From Thermoleophilaceae bacterium (lineage in GTDB: Bacteria > Actinomycetota > Thermoleophilia > Solirubrobacterales > Thermoleophilaceae), in contig DASQKP010000031.1 in NCBI GenBank assembly GCA_035630455.1, positions 21,429 through 85,428 of the forward strand: a stretch of 64,000 nucleotides of DNA, in the 5' to 3' direction. Positions within the stretch are counted from its first letter, which is position 1. The number at the start of each line of letters is the position of its first letter. The translations under genes and the position numbers were made by a program. The notes under the pieces were generated by a model that was not told the DNA's origin, ran no database searches, and worked only from the letters and a program-made list of their open reading frames with translations. Shown here one piece after another: positions 54,526-64,000 of the stretch.

Positions 54526-54777
54526 CTAGACTACCTCCTCGAGCAGGAATCCGCAAACGAACACCAACGTCCCAACGACGCCGCCCAACAGCGCGCCCAT
54601 CTCGGCCCAAAGCGCTCGCCGCTCTCCATCAAGCCGCCTAGCCAGTGCCATCAAGCCGCCGAACAGGGCGCCGAGCACAGACGCGCTCGGGACGAACGTG
54701 ACGAACACCAGACGTTCCGGCATTACCTCAACGGTTATGTCGATCGCCGCACGGGCGACCATGTCTAAATAGTTCAT
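54526..54777 (-). CDS. Small (about 83 aa) two-TM membrane protein
   Basis: The C-terminal part of ORF 54526-54894 has hydrophobic segments LVFVTFVPSASVLGALFGGLMALA and MGALLGGVVGTLVFVCGFLL. Start uncertain (ATG 54777, 54762 or 54894). Confidence 0.4.
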   Translation of the reverse strand: MNYLDMVARAAIDITVEVMPERLVFVTFVPSASVLGALFGGLMALARRLDGERRALWAEMGALLGGVVGTLVFVCGFLLEEVV

Positions 54778-55102
54778 GCCCGATGAAGTCCGCAGCGCCA
54801 AGAACTCGCCCCACCCACGGTGAATTGGTTCTCTGAAGTAACTCGCCGTAGACGTCGCTTCCGCGGGTGGCGACGATTTTGCGTTTGCGCGCACAGGCGT
54901 AGCGAGCGCAGCGTCGGGCGGAGCCCCTCCCGTCGATTACGCAAGGACCCTGAGCCGACAAACCGCGCCAGGGACGGGGCGCAGTCCCAGCGGAGCGACC
55001 GGAGCCGAGCACGGAAACCAAAATCGACGTCAGGACCCGCGGCCACCAACGCCCCAGCCCTAGGACGAATCTCCGCCCCCAGCGGTACGCTCGCCGAGCG
55101 CC

Positions 55103-56446
55103 ATGCCGCTCGACCTCATCGCCTCCGCGTTCGGTCCGGTCCAGCAGAACTACCTGCTGGAGGCGCGTCAGATGCAGGCGATGTCGTTCGTCGCCCACAT
55201 CCCGCTGGTCTGCTTCGGCGTCGCCTTCCCCGCGCTGGTGGTGTTCGCCGAGTGGCGCCACCACCGGACCGGCAACCCCGTCTACCGCACGCTCGCCCGC
55301 CGCTGGTCGAAGATCATGCTGGCGCTGTTCGCGGTCGGCGTGGTCAGCGGGACGATCCTCAGCTTCGAGCTCGGCCTGCTGTGGCCCGGCTTCATGGCGG
55401 CATTCGGCGACGTCTTCGGGCTCGGCTTCACGCTCGAGGGCTTCTCGTTCTTCATCGAGGCGATCTTCATCGCGATCTATGTCTACGGCTGGGATCGCCT
55501 GCCGCCGCGCACCCATCTGCTGACCGGCATCCCGGTGATCGTCTCCGGCATCACCGGCTCCTTCTTCGTGATCGCGGTCAACGCATGGATGAACAACCCG
55601 AGCGGCTTCCGGATGGAGAACGGCGAGGCCGTCGACATCGACCCGTGGGGCGCGCTGTTCGGCAACTCGTACCTGGCCCACGAGATGGTCCACATGTACG
55701 TCGCGGCCTACATAGTCGCGGGCTTCCTGCTGGCGTCGATCTACGGTTGGCAGTGGCTGAAGGGCAACCGCAGCGACTACGTGCGCACGGCCCTGACGCT
55801 GTCCCTGACAGCGGCCGCGATCGCCGCGCCGGTGCAGCTGATCGTCGGCGACTGGGCTGCGCGCACGGTGGCGAAGGAGCAGCCGGTCAAGCTCGCGTCG
55901 TTCGAGGATCTCCAGGAGACCACGGAGGGCGCTCCGTTCGACATCCCGCCCGGAATCGAGATTCCGGACATGCTGTCGCTGCTCGCCTTCCACGACCCGA
56001 ACGCGACGGTCACCGGGCTGGACTCGGTGCCGCCCGACGACCGCCCGCCGGTCGGCATCGTCCGCGCGTCGTTCCTGACGATGGTCGGCATCGGTTCGCT
56101 GCTGGCGGCGCTGGCGGCTGTGTTCCTCTACGTGCGCGTGCGCAAGCGGCGGCTGCCGGAGTCGCGCTGGTTCTGGCGCGCCGCGATCGCCGCCGGCCCG
56201 CTGTCGGTCGTCGCGCTGATCGCCGGTTGGGTGACGACCGAGGTCGGACGGCAGCCGTGGGTGGTCTACGGGGTGATGCGCACCGAGGACGCCGTGACGG
56301 GCGCCGGTGGGATCCCGGTCGGCTACGCGACGATGGCGATCGTCTACGCGGGCGTCTTCGCGGCGGTCATCTGGATCCTGAGACGGCTCGCGGCGCGCCC
56401 GCTCGAGGAGGACGCCGCGCCCGCCCCCGAGGGAACCCATGGCTGA
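55103..56446 (+). CDS. cydA: Cytochrome bd ubiquinol oxidase subunit I
   Basis: 447 aa. ...ARQMQAMSFVAHIPLVCFGVAFP..., GTILSFELGLLWPGF and EVGRQPWVVYG (Q-loop/C-terminal motif). Confidence 0.92.
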   Translation: MPLDLIASAFGPVQQNYLLEARQMQAMSFVAHIPLVCFGVAFPALVVFAEWRHHRTGNPVYRTLARRWSKIMLALFAVGVVSGTILSFELGLLWPGFMAAFGDVFGLGFTLEGFSFFIEAIFIAIYVYGWDRLPPRTHLLTGIPVIVSGITGSFFVIAVNAWMNNPSGFRMENGEAVDIDPWGALFGNSYLAHEMVHMYVAAYIVAGFLLASIYGWQWLKGNRSDYVRTALTLSLTAAAIAAPVQLIVGDWAARTVAKEQPVKLASFEDLQETTEGAPFDIPPGIEIPDMLSLLAFHDPNATVTGLDSVPPDDRPPVGIVRASFLTMVGIGSLLAALAAVFLYVRVRKRRLPESRWFWRAAIAAGPLSVVALIAGWVTTEVGRQPWVVYGVMRTEDAVTGAGGIPVGYATMAIVYAGVFAAVIWILRRLAARPLEEDAAPAPEGTHG

Positions 56447-57668
56447 GATCCCGATCATCCTGATCCTCGTCGGGCTCGCCGCCTACACGGTCCTCGGCGG
56501 CGCCGACTTCGGCGCCGGCATCTGGGAGCTGACCGCCCGCGGCGAGCGCGGCTCCGCGCTGCGCGACCACACCCACCGGTCGATGGCGCCGGTCTGGGAG
56601 GCGAACCACGTCTGGCTGATCTTCGTTCTGGTGATGGCCTGGACGTGCTACCCGGAGGCGTTCAGCTCGATCGTCTCGACGCTGACGATCCCCCTGTTCG
56701 TCGCGGGCGTCGGGATCATCCTGCGCGGCGCCGGGTACGCCCTCCGCGCCGGCAGCTCGACGCCCCGCGAGGAGGGCAGGATCAGCCTGCTGTTCGCACT
56801 CTCGTCGGTGCTGACGCCGTTCGCGCTCGGGCTGGTCGTCGGCGGAATCGCGTCCGGCCGCGTCCCGGTCGGCAACGCCCAGGGCGACGAGATCACCAGC
56901 TGGCTGAACGCGACTTCGCTGCTGATCGGCGTGCTCGCGGTCGCGACGGCCGCCTATCTCGCCGCCGTCTACCTGGCCGCCGACGCGCGCCGGATGGGCT
57001 CCGACGACGTCGCCGAGGCCTTCCGTACGCGCGCCCTGATCGCAGGCGTGATCGCCGGTGTCCTCGCCCTGGCTGGCCCCTTCATCCTCAGCTCCGACGC
57101 GCCGGACATCTACGACGGCCTGACCAGCGGCGCCGGCCTGGTCGCCCTGCTCGCCTCGGGCGTGGCCGGTGTAACGGCGCTCGCGCTGGTCGTGACGCGA
57201 CGCTACGGGGCCGCGCGGGTGGCGGCCGCCGCGGCGGTGGTGGCGATCGTCGCCGGCTGGGGACTCGCCCAGCAACCGGAGATCCTGCCCGGCCTGACGA
57301 TCGACGAGGCCGCGGCGAGTGACACGACGATCACCGCGGTGCTGATCGGCTTCGCGGCCGGCCTGGTGATTCTGGTGCCGTCGCTCGTCTACCTGTTCCG
57401 CCTGGTGCTGTCCGGCCGCTTCGATCCGGCCACCGCGCCGTGGCCCGGTCCCGATCCGGCTCGAGCCGCGGCCGTGAATGCCGGCCCGAACGCCCACAGC
57501 TCGCTGCGCACCACCCTGATCACAGGCGCCGTCACGGCCATCGGAGCGGGAATCACCTTCGTCTCCGAGGGCCCGCTGCGCAGCGTCGGCGTCGCGCTGA
57601 TGCTCGCCGGCGCGGTCGCGTGCTTCTTCGCGGTGGCCAGCTTGGACGAAGCCGAACCTCCGGCTTAG
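56439..57668 (+). CDS. cydB: Cytochrome bd ubiquinol oxidase subunit II, with about 80-aa C-terminal extension
   Basis: The N-terminus LGGADFGAGIWEL...PVWEANHVWLIF is typical of CydB. 8-nt overlap with cydA. 409 aa. Confidence 0.9.
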   Translation: MAEIPIILILVGLAAYTVLGGADFGAGIWELTARGERGSALRDHTHRSMAPVWEANHVWLIFVLVMAWTCYPEAFSSIVSTLTIPLFVAGVGIILRGAGYALRAGSSTPREEGRISLLFALSSVLTPFALGLVVGGIASGRVPVGNAQGDEITSWLNATSLLIGVLAVATAAYLAAVYLAADARRMGSDDVAEAFRTRALIAGVIAGVLALAGPFILSSDAPDIYDGLTSGAGLVALLASGVAGVTALALVVTRRYGAARVAAAAAVVAIVAGWGLAQQPEILPGLTIDEAAASDTTITAVLIGFAAGLVILVPSLVYLFRLVLSGRFDPATAPWPGPDPARAAAVNAGPNAHSSLRTTLITGAVTAIGAGITFVSEGPLRSVGVALMLAGAVACFFAVASLDEAEPPA

Positions 57669-57722
57669 CCTTTTCCGACACCAAGCGGGGATTGAGCTTC
57701 CCATGCTCGGGGGAAGAGGCAT

Positions 57723-57751
57723 TTGACACTGCCCGTGGCGAGGAGAAGAAT
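57723..57751 (+). promoter_or_regulatory. Possible sigma70-like promoter TTGACA-17 nt-AAGAAT upstream of the xylose-type ABC operon
   Basis: Read directly: TTGACA at 57723-57728, AAGAAT at 57746-57751, 55 nt upstream of ATG 57807. The -10 is weak. Confidence 0.3.
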
Positions 57752-57806
57752 CGTCTTCAGGGGCTGGACGAAGCAGTCACACACATAAGACCGAGGGAGG
57801 TCTCCC

Positions 57807-58924
<1,118 letters not shown>

Positions 58925-58928
<4 letters not shown>

Positions 58929-59803
58929 GCGACGGAGCGCCTGTGCTGGCGCTGGAGAAGGTCAGTAAGAGCTTCGGCCCAGTGCAGGCGCTCCAGGACG
59001 TCGACTTCGAGGTGCGGCCAGGTGAGGTGGTCGCCCTCGTCGGCGACAACGGAGCCGGGAAGTCGACGCTCGTGAAGGCGATCGCCGGCATCCACTCGAT
59101 CGACGACGGGCGGATCCTCTTCGAGGGTCAGCCCGTCAAGGTCTCGACGCCGACCGACGCGGTCGACCTCGGGATCGCGACCGTCTACCAAGACCTCGCG
59201 CTCTGCGACAACCTCGACGTCGTCGAGAACCTGTTCCTCGGTCGCGAGGAGCGTGGCGGCGGCGTCGCGGCGCTCACGCGTCAGCTCGACGAGACGTCGA
59301 TGGAGCGCCAGGCCCACGAGCTGCTCGACAACCTGGCGGTGACGATCACCGACGTGCGGTCGGAGGTCGGCACGATGTCCGGCGGGCAGCGCCAGCAGGT
59401 GGCGATCGCGCGCTCGCTGCTCGGCGAGCCGAAGGTCGTGATGCTCGACGAGCCGACCGCCGCGCTCGGTGTGCGTCAGACCGCGCAGGTGCTGGCGCTG
59501 ATCAAGCGGCTACGCGACAAGGGTCACGGTGTGGTGGTCATCAGCCACAACCTCGCCGACGTCTTCGAGGTCGCGGACCGCATCGTCGTGCTGCGGCTCG
59601 GCCGCCTGGCGGCCCTCTTCGACGCCAAGGAGACGAGCAACGAGGAGGTCGTCGGCGCGATCACCGGCGCAAGCGACCCCAGCACAGGCGAGCTCGGACC
59701 CGCCGTCGACGACGTGATGAATGCGGCCAGGCGCCGCGACGCGCCACCAGGCGAGACGCCGGACGGCGAGCCCACTGAGCGCGAGAGCGGAGATGCGTCA
59801 TGA
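58925..59803 (+). CDS. Sugar ABC transporter ATP-binding protein (single NBD)
   Basis: GTG 58925 (GTGA overlap). Walker A GDNGAGKST, signature MSGGQRQQVAIARSL, Walker B VVMLDEPTAALG. Confidence 0.9.
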
Positions 59804-61026
59804 CGGTCGAGGCGACAGCGGCCGAGCCGGCGCCGAGCGGTGGAGGCGATCCCGACGGCAAGCCGATGAAGGGCTTCGTCAGGCGCTTCGTCGAGGGCGA
59901 CCTCGGCGAGCTGCGGGTGATCATCGTGCTGGCGGTGATCTGGGCGATCTTCCAGAGCCAGGAGGACCGCTTCCTCAGCGCGGTCAACCTGACCAATTTG
60001 CTGCTCCAGATCACGGCGATCGGGCTCGTCTCGGTCGGCGTGGTGCTGGTCTTGCTGCTCGGCGAGATCGACCTGTCGGTCGGCGCCGTCAGCGGCCTCT
60101 GCGCGGCGGTGATGGCCGTCCTGAGCGTCAAGCACGGCTGGTCGCCATACCTGGCCATCGCGGCCGCCGTGCTCGTGGGAACCGCGATCGGGATGTTCCA
60201 GGGATCGGTGTTCACCCAGTTCGGGGTGCCGTCGTTCGTCGTCACGCTCGCGGGGCTGCTTGCGTGGCAGGGCGCCCAGCTGGAGGTGCTCGGCACGACC
60301 GGCACGGTCAACATCACCGACCCCACGATCACCGGCCTGACGAGCACCTTCTACGAGGGCGCGACCGGCTGGGCGATCGCGATCGCCGGGATCGCCGTCT
60401 ACGCCGCGGTATCGCTGCTCGCGTGGCGGCGCAAGACCGCCGCCGGCCTGCGCGTCCAGCCGCTCGGCGCGCTGCTGCTGCGCCTGGCGCTGGCGACGAT
60501 CGCGATCTTCGTGGCCGTCACCGTCCTGAACGACGACCGCGGCGTCCCGCTCGCCGCACTGATCCTCGTCGGCTTCGTGATCCTGTTCCAGTTCATCACT
60601 ACGAAGACGACCTTCGGCCGCCACATCTACGCCGTCGGAGGCAATGACGAGGCGGCCCGCCGCGCCGGGATCAAGGTCAAGCGGATTCGCATCGTGGTCT
60701 TCATGATCGCCTCGTCGATGGCCGCCGTCGGCGGCATCATGGCGGCGTCGCGCCTACTTGCGGTCAACCAGTCCTCGGGCGCCGGCGACTTCCTGCTGCT
60801 GGCGATCGCCGGACCGGTGATCGCCGGGACCAGCCTGTTCGGCGGCCGCGGCTCGGTCTGGACGGCGCTGCTCGGCGCGCTGGTGATCGGCTCGATCTCC
60901 AACGGCATGGACCTGCTCGCGCTCGAGTCCTCGGTCAAGTTCATGGTCACCGGCGCGGTGCTGCTGATCGCGGTGATCATCGACGCGCTGGCGCGCCGCC
61001 GACGCCAGGCGACGGGCCGGGTCTAG
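59800..61026 (+). CDS. Sugar ABC transporter permease (XylH/CUT2-type)
   Basis: ATGA overlap. 408 aa, about 10-12 TM segments, GEIDLSVGAVSG motif region typical of XylH/RbsC permeases. Confidence 0.9.
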   Translation: MTVEATAAEPAPSGGGDPDGKPMKGFVRRFVEGDLGELRVIIVLAVIWAIFQSQEDRFLSAVNLTNLLLQITAIGLVSVGVVLVLLLGEIDLSVGAVSGLCAAVMAVLSVKHGWSPYLAIAAAVLVGTAIGMFQGSVFTQFGVPSFVVTLAGLLAWQGAQLEVLGTTGTVNITDPTITGLTSTFYEGATGWAIAIAGIAVYAAVSLLAWRRKTAAGLRVQPLGALLLRLALATIAIFVAVTVLNDDRGVPLAALILVGFVILFQFITTKTTFGRHIYAVGGNDEAARRAGIKVKRIRIVVFMIASSMAAVGGIMAASRLLAVNQSSGAGDFLLLAIAGPVIAGTSLFGGRGSVWTALLGALVIGSISNGMDLLALESSVKFMVTGAVLLIAVIIDALARRRRQATGRV

Positions 61027-61029
61027 GGC

Positions 61030-62490
61030 CTAGACGGCGGCGGGTGCTGCCTCGCCACGGCGGGCGGCCTCGGCGTGTTCGCGACTATCGCGCGAGGAGA
61101 TCAGGACGGCGGCGAGGATGGCGCCGAGCGCCGCGAATCCCGCACAGACCAGGAAGGCGTTCTGGAAGCCCTCGGTCAGCGCCACGACGCGGTCGGCCTC
61201 GCCAGAGGAGAGGGCGTCGACGGTCGTCGAGTTGGCCACTGTCGCCGCGATCGCCAGACCGAGGGCGCCACCCACCTGCTGCGAGGTGTTGATCAGGCCC
61301 GACGCGAGACCGGCCTCGTCATGGCGCGTGCCGGTGACGGCGGCGATCGTCACGGGGACGAAGGCGAAACCGAGCCCGACGGCGACGATCATCGACGGGA
61401 ACAGCACGTCGCCGAGATACGTGCCGTTCGGGGCCGAGACCTGCGAGAACCACAGCAGCCCGACCGCGATCAGCAGCATTCCCGTGATCAGCGTCGGCTT
61501 GAAGCCGACGCGCGTCACCAGCTGCGACGCGCCGCCGGCGCTGAGGATGATCAGGATGCTCAGCGGCACGTAGGACAGCCCGGCCTTCAGCGGGTCATAG
61601 CCAAGCACCTGCTGGAGGTAGAGCGAGATGAAGAAGAACATCGAGAACAGCGACATTCCGACCAGCAGGCCGACGATGTTCGCGCCGGTCAGGGTGCGCA
61701 GGCGGAAGATCGTGAACGGCATCAGTGGGTTGCGGCTGCGCGACTCGATCGTCACGAACACGACCAGCAGCGCGAGCGCGCCGCCGAGGATCAGCAGGGT
61801 CTCGCTCGATCCCCAGCCGACGTCGACGGTGTTGACCAGCCCGTAGACGAGCAGCGCGAGGCCGGCGGTCACCGACACCGCGCCCGGGATGTCGAACGAG
61901 GTCGCGGTCGGATGACGGCTCTCCATCAGCAGGCGCGGCGCGAGGAACGCGACGATCGCCGCGATCGGCACGTTGACGAGTAGCACCCACTCCCAGCCGA
62001 AGTACTCGGTCAGCACGCCGCCGAGCAGCACGCCAGCCGCGCCCCCGGCACCGGCGACGGCGCCCCAGACTCCCAGCGCGCGATTGCGCTCGGCGCCCTC
62101 GGCGAAGGTCGTGGTGACGATCGACAGCGCCGCCGGCGAGATGATCGCGGCGCCCAGGCCCTGGACCGCGCGAGCGGCGATCAGCTGCGCCTCGCTGGTC
62201 GCTAGGCCGCCGGCCAGCGACGCTACGCCGAACAGCAGCGCGCCGGTGATGAACATCCGCCGCCGCCCGAGCAGGTCCGCCATCCGCCCGCCGAGCAGCA
62301 GGAAGCCGCCGAAGGTCAGCGTGTAGGCGTTGACGACCCATGAGAGGTTCTCCTGCGAGAAGTCGAGGTCGCGCCCGATCGAGGGCAGCGCGACGTTGAC
62401 GATCGACGCGTCGAGCACGACGATGAACTGGGTCGCGGCGAGCAGCAGCAGAGCGAGGCCCTTCGAGCGGCCGTTCTCGAGCGTCGACAT
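61030..62490 (-). CDS. MFS transporter (DHA2/EmrB-QacA family, 14 TMS)
   Basis: 486 aa. LLGGRMADLLGRRRMF motif A and ATQFIVVLDASIVNVALPSI, typical of DHA2. Confidence 0.9.
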   Translation of the reverse strand: MSTLENGRSKGLALLLLAATQFIVVLDASIVNVALPSIGRDLDFSQENLSWVVNAYTLTFGGFLLLGGRMADLLGRRRMFITGALLFGVASLAGGLATSEAQLIAARAVQGLGAAIISPAALSIVTTTFAEGAERNRALGVWGAVAGAGGAAGVLLGGVLTEYFGWEWVLLVNVPIAAIVAFLAPRLLMESRHPTATSFDIPGAVSVTAGLALLVYGLVNTVDVGWGSSETLLILGGALALLVVFVTIESRSRNPLMPFTIFRLRTLTGANIVGLLVGMSLFSMFFFISLYLQQVLGYDPLKAGLSYVPLSILIILSAGGASQLVTRVGFKPTLITGMLLIAVGLLWFSQVSAPNGTYLGDVLFPSMIVAVGLGFAFVPVTIAAVTGTRHDEAGLASGLINTSQQVGGALGLAIAATVANSTTVDALSSGEADRVVALTEGFQNAFLVCAGFAALGAILAAVLISSRDSREHAEAARRGEAAPAAV

Positions 62491-62594
62491 CAGGTGGATC
62501 TCCTAATACGGGGGCGAGCGCAGATCTGGGCGAGCTTACTAAAGGTGAGCGAGTTTGTCCTGGCGCGCCAATTGGGACTAGTGTCGGCCGCGCG

Positions 62595-63452
62595 ATGACC
62601 CGCTCGCTCTCGACCCTATCGACACCGCGGCCACTGCCAAGCGTGACCGCTCGCCCCCACGGCCTGCTCGAGGCGCCGCGGCCCGCGGCCGACGACTCCG
62701 TCCTCTACAGCGACGTCCTGGTCGGTGGCGTCTACCGCGTGCCGGTCGCCGGCGACCGCGAGCCCGAGACGGTGCTGCCGAAGCGGCGCGGCATCGGAGG
62801 ATTGGTGCCCCACCGCGACGGAGGGCTGGTCGTGACGGGGCGCACCGTCGTCCACGTCGACGGCGAGCGTCAGCGCGAGCTGCTGTCGCTCGACGGTGTC
62901 GCCGGCTTCAACGACCTCACGACCGACTCCGCCGGACGTGTGCTGGCAGGCGCGCTGCGCTTCCAGCCCTTCCTCGGCGAGGACCCGGTCCCGACCGAGG
63001 TCTGGCGCATCTCCGCGCCGGGAGTCGCCGAGGTGGCGGCCGAGGGAATCGACTGGCCGAACGGCATCGCGATGACGCCCGACGACGGCGCGCTGTACGT
63101 CTCGGACACGGCCAACGGCGTCATACGGGTCTTCGTCGGCGGCCGCACTCAGGGCGACGTCTTCGCCTCCGTCGCGAGCGGCACCGTCGACGGCCTCGCG
63201 CTAGACGAGGACGGCGGCGTCTGGGTCGCGCTCGGCGACGGCGGAATCGCCCGCTTCGACGCCGACGGCAACCTCGACGGCTTCGCCGCCGTCCCCTCCG
63301 CCTTCGTGTCGAGCCTCTGCTTCGGCGGCCCCGACCGCCGCGACGTCTTCATCACGACCGCCGACAATCCCGCCGACCCCACCAAGGGCGGGACCGTCTT
63401 CCACGCGCGCGCCGAGGTGGCGGGCGTCGAGGTAAACGCCGCCACCGTCTGA
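62595..63452 (+). CDS. SMP-30/gluconolactonase/LRE-like beta-propeller protein
   Basis: WPNGIAMTPDDGALYVSDT, VDGLALDEDGGVWVA and LCFGGPDRRDVFITTA motifs. Confidence 0.8.
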   Translation: MTRSLSTLSTPRPLPSVTARPHGLLEAPRPAADDSVLYSDVLVGGVYRVPVAGDREPETVLPKRRGIGGLVPHRDGGLVVTGRTVVHVDGERQRELLSLDGVAGFNDLTTDSAGRVLAGALRFQPFLGEDPVPTEVWRISAPGVAEVAAEGIDWPNGIAMTPDDGALYVSDTANGVIRVFVGGRTQGDVFASVASGTVDGLALDEDGGVWVALGDGGIARFDADGNLDGFAAVPSAFVSSLCFGGPDRRDVFITTADNPADPTKGGTVFHARAEVAGVEVNAATV

Positions 63453-63474
63453 CGCCGCATAGGCTGCCGCCCCT

Positions 63475-64000
63475 ATGGGAGATCTCAGCGGCAGAACAGT
63501 GTTCATGTCCGGCGGCAGCCGGGGAATCGGGCTTGCGATCGCCAAGCGCCTGGCCAGCGAGGGCGCGAACATCGCCTTCGTCGCCAAGACCGACCAGCCG
63601 CATCCGAAGCTGCCCGGGACGATCCACACCGCCGCCGAGGAGATCGAGGCCGCCGGCGGCAAGGCGCTGCCGATCCTCGGCGACGTCCGTGACGAGGCCC
63701 AGGTCGCCGCCGCCGTCGAGCAGGCCGTCGAACGGTTCGGCGGAATCGACATCTGCGTCAACAACGCCTCGGCGATCAACCTCGCCCCGATCGGGGACCT
63801 GCCGCCCAAGCGCTACGACCTGATGCTCGACATCAACGTGCGCGGCACTTTCGTCGTCACCCAGGCCTGCCTCCCCCACCTGCGCGCCTCCGACCACGCG
63901 CACGTGCTGACGCTCAGCCCGCCGCTGTCGCTCGACCCGCGCTGGCTGAAGGGCCACTCCGCCTACACCGTCTCGAAGTTCGGCATGTCGATGATCACCC
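63475..64000 (+). CDS. Short-chain dehydrogenase/reductase (partial, runs off the right edge)
   Basis: Hand-translated from ATG 63475: MGDLSGRTVFMSGGSRGIGLAIAKRLASEGANIAFVAKT...NNASAI...YTVSKFGMS (GxxxGxG, NNAS, YxxxK). Confidence 0.85.
   Translation, partial: MGDLSGRTVFMSGGSRGIGLAIAKRLASEGANIAFVAKTDQPHPKLPGTIHTAAEEIEAAGGKALPILGDVRDEAQVAAAVEQAVERFGGIDICVNNASAINLAPIGDLPPKRYDLMLDINVRGTFVVTQACLPHLRASDHAHVLTLSPPLSLDPRWLKGHSAYTVSKFGMSMIT

Noticed and set aside
54819-54834. Rex-operator-like sequence GGTGAATTGGTTCTCT upstream of cydA
   Set aside because: It matches the actinobacterial Rex consensus (TGTGAA-N4-TTCACA) at only about 10/16 positions. It lies about 270 nt upstream of the cydA start, and no rex gene is in the window. 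Too weak to call.
54728-56458. 576-aa minus-strand ORF and 547-aa plus-strand ORF (54820-56463) over cydA
   Set aside because: The first is antisense and the second is off-frame to an unmistakable cydA. Both have Arg/Asp/Gly-rich composition, so they are artefacts of GC content.

Overview
This is a 64-kb window of very GC-rich DNA (about 70% by eye). It is extremely gene-dense, with about 65 CDS, and most neighbouring genes overlap by 4 or 8 nt (ATGA/GTGA). The style fits an Actinomycetota chromosome, but I cannot name the organism. I found no rRNA, tRNA, CRISPR array, transposase, integrase or recognisable phage or defence gene. All family calls come from reading motifs in the supplied translations; no searches were run.

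Content from left to right:
- (1) 1-18 kb is a catabolic island. It holds a TetR-ADH-ACAD operon divergent from an E2-E1alpha-E1beta 2-oxoacid dehydrogenase operon. Converging on that is a nine-gene translationally coupled operon: binding protein, hydantoinase/oxoprolinase A and B, ABC permease and ATPase, an alpha/beta-hydrolase::VOC fusion, an acyl-CoA synthetase, an SDR and a crotonase. The two promoter regions share a conspicuous AT-rich palindrome.
- (2) An MFS transporter, a MaoC dehydratase, a DUF2277 protein and a secreted clan GH-A hydrolase.
- (3) An orphan Tad-pilus accessory module: two TadE-like proteins, a protein with a degenerate P-loop, and a TadG-like::M15 peptidase::lytic transglycosylase fusion. 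It lies downstream of uppP, a membrane protein and nhaA.
- (4) A crotonase plus an ABC-2 exporter.
- (5) Two CUT1 sugar-import operons, one with a GDE-like hydrolase and one LpqY/SugABC-like with a short GH13 enzyme.
- (6) Assorted genes: a DUF45 peptidase, an SDR, a 2-hydroxyacid dehydrogenase, a ParB/Srx-like protein, an FG-GAP protein, a cupin and a DUF72 protein.
- (7) A MarR regulator plus a DrrAB-like exporter.
- (8) An OmpR/HK two-component system flanked by two Asp/Gly/Ser-rich proteins.
- (9) A lower-GC islet with two tiny membrane proteins.
- (10) cydAB, a xylose-type ABC importer, an MFS transporter, an SMP-30 lactonase and an SDR.

The most interesting candidates are the HyuAB-centred catabolic operon with its shared operator, and the Tad-like module with a dedicated peptidoglycan-remodelling fusion protein.
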